Part shown: positions 29,840 to 34,175 of the stretch, piece by piece
How the letters are laid out: the number at the start of each line of letters is the position of its first letter
How positions within the stretch are numbered: position 1 is the stretch's first letter
Source of the DNA: an uncultured Rhodobacterales bacterium
GTDB lineage: Bacteria > Pseudomonadota > Alphaproteobacteria > Rhodobacterales > Rhodobacteraceae
Length of the DNA: 34,175 nt
Direction of reading: 5' to 3'
NCBI GenBank assembly: GCA_964500115.1
Contig: CAZCOX010000007.1
Coordinates: forward strand, 1 to 34,175
Translations under genes and position numbers: made by a program
The notes under the pieces: generated by a model
The model's database searches: none
Seen by the model: only the letters and a program-made list of their open reading frames with translations
What the model was told of the DNA's origin: nothing

Positions 29840-30292
29840 ATGTCCGGCGAAACCGACCTCATCAAGCTCTACTCCGCCCGCATTCTGGAACTGGCGGCGG
29901 ATATCCCGAACCATGCGCGGCTCGATGCGCCTGCTATGAGTGTGAAAAAACGGTCGCCGCTGTGCGGATCGACAGTGACGGTCGATCTGAACATCGAAGA
30001 CGGCGTGGTGACGGCGTTTGGTCAGGATGTGAAAGCCTGTGCCCTGGGTCAGGCAGCGGCTTCGGTTGTTGGTGGTGCCATCATCGGCACGACACCAGAG
30101 CAGATTGTCGCTGCGCGGGACGAACTCAAGGCGATGCTTAAAGACGATGGCCCCGACCCGGAGGCCCCGTTTGACGGGTTGGCCGTCCTGCGCCCGGCGG
30201 CGGCGTACAAGAACCGGCACGCCTCGATTTTGCTCACGCTGGACGCGGCCTCGGAAGCGGTTACCAAGCTGCGCGAAACGCAGAGCGCCTGA
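29840..30292 (+). CDS. IscU/NifU N-terminal-like Fe-S scaffold protein
   Basis: LYSARIL, SPLCGS, VKACALGQA, NRHASILL. ATG 29840 follows AAGGGA. Confidence 0.88.
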   Translation: MSGETDLIKLYSARILELAADIPNHARLDAPAMSVKKRSPLCGSTVTVDLNIEDGVVTAFGQDVKACALGQAAASVVGGAIIGTTPEQIVAARDELKAMLKDDGPDPEAPFDGLAVLRPAAAYKNRHASILLTLDAASEAVTKLRETQSA

Positions 30293-30308
30293 ATTTTACC
30301 AGATGGTC

Positions 30309-30347
30309 AAAAAAAAACCGCCGCACTTTGGAAACCAAAGGCGGCGG
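30309..30347 (-). terminator. Strong Rho-independent terminator (minus strand)
   Basis: On the minus strand: CCGCCGC-CTTTGG-TTT-CCAAAG-T-GCGGCGG followed by T9. Confidence 0.88.
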
Positions 30348-30477
30348 GAAAGTCGCGCGTTCGTTGAGGGCCTAAAGCTTCGGAGGCAGGCAACCTCCGT
30401 TGGGACAGTGCATCAGTTGGGACAGGATGCGGGATAAGCTGTCAGGCGGAAAACACGCAGGCAGAAAAAGCAAACAC
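30309..30477 (-). ncRNA. Candidate 3'UTR-derived small RNA / structured trailer
   Basis: About 170 nt of non-coding sequence between the small-ORF stop and the terminator, with two hairpins and two copies of CUGUCCCAAC (plus-strand GTTGGGACAG at 30399-30408 and 30416-30425). Confidence 0.45.
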
Positions 30478-30606
30478 TCAGATCAGAACAGGCAGGTGCA
30501 ACGTCGCAACCAGCATCACCATGAGCGAGACCGCCCCAAGCGCGTCTTGCAGAAGCGCTGTTTCGGCTTTGCTCGTGTGAAGCATGGTTTTGATCCGCTG
30601 CATCAT
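30478..30606 (-). CDS. 42-aa small single-pass membrane protein, putatively SOS (LexA)-regulated
   Basis: GGAGGA RBS 6 nt before ATG 30606; MMQRIKTMLHTSKAETALLQDALGAVSLMVMLVATLHLPVLI, with a hydrophobic C-terminal 21 aa. Confidence 0.78.
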   Translation of the reverse strand: MMQRIKTMLHTSKAETALLQDALGAVSLMVMLVATLHLPVLI

Positions 30607-30620
30607 GTCTGATCCTCCGT

Positions 30621-30694
30621 GTTGCTTATTTGTTCTCATATGGCGGCAGTCATGTAAAGAACTTTTTAAGAACATTTGAGAACAAATGTAGATT
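30621..30694. promoter_or_regulatory. Alphaproteobacterial LexA (SOS) box cluster
   Basis: Perfect GAAC-TTTTTAA-GAAC at 30659-30673; one-mismatch GTTG-CTTATTT-GTTC at 30621-30635; third GAAC at 30680 (GAAC-N7-GATT). Consensus is GTTC-N7-GTTC / GAAC-N7-GAAC. Confidence 0.75.
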
Positions 30695-30703
30695 TTTGAG
30701 AGT

Positions 30704-34175
<3,472 letters not shown>

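Noticed and set aside
30399-30425. GTTGGGACAG duplication as a mini-CRISPR
   Set aside because: Only two 10-bp copies 7 bp apart and no cas genes; reported instead as an sRNA-like motif.

Overview
GC-rich (about 60% by eye) core-chromosome segment of a Rhodobacteraceae/Roseobacter-group alphaproteobacterium, densely coding with about 36 CDS. I saw no rRNA, tRNA, CRISPR, IS or prophage. Left to right: ntrY(partial)-ntrC-ntrB-dusB on the minus strand, divergent from ispF-pgpA-cinA; MmgE/PrpD and RatA/Coq10; hpt; a LysR regulator divergent from a class II cytochrome c and a diheme cytochrome c; lipA; the gene-transfer-agent regulator pair gafA (DUF6456) and gafB-like (DUF6477); an MttB-family methyltransferase; a DNase I-like EEP nuclease; guaA; an SH3 protein; two EamA transporters flanking a FadL-like outer-membrane protein; P-loop ATPase-metA-hydrolase; ppk2-TetR; trmFO-methyltransferase-gluQ; hisI; IscU-like; a 42-aa small membrane protein; recG; ligA (partial). 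The best candidate for an undescribed system lies between recG and the IscU-like gene. There, a promoter region with stacked alphaproteobacterial LexA boxes sits upstream of a 42-aa single-pass membrane peptide. Its ~170-nt structured 3' trailer carries two copies of a CUGUCCCAAC motif and ends in a strong terminator, suggesting an SOS peptide plus 3'UTR-derived sRNA module. Other leads: a perfect DnaA box upstream of gafA, a heptad-repeat helical hairpin inserted in FadL, a stand-alone IspF, an NtrC lacking GAFTGA, and an orphan kinase-like ATPase coupled to metA. All family calls come from motif recognition by eye; no database searches were run.
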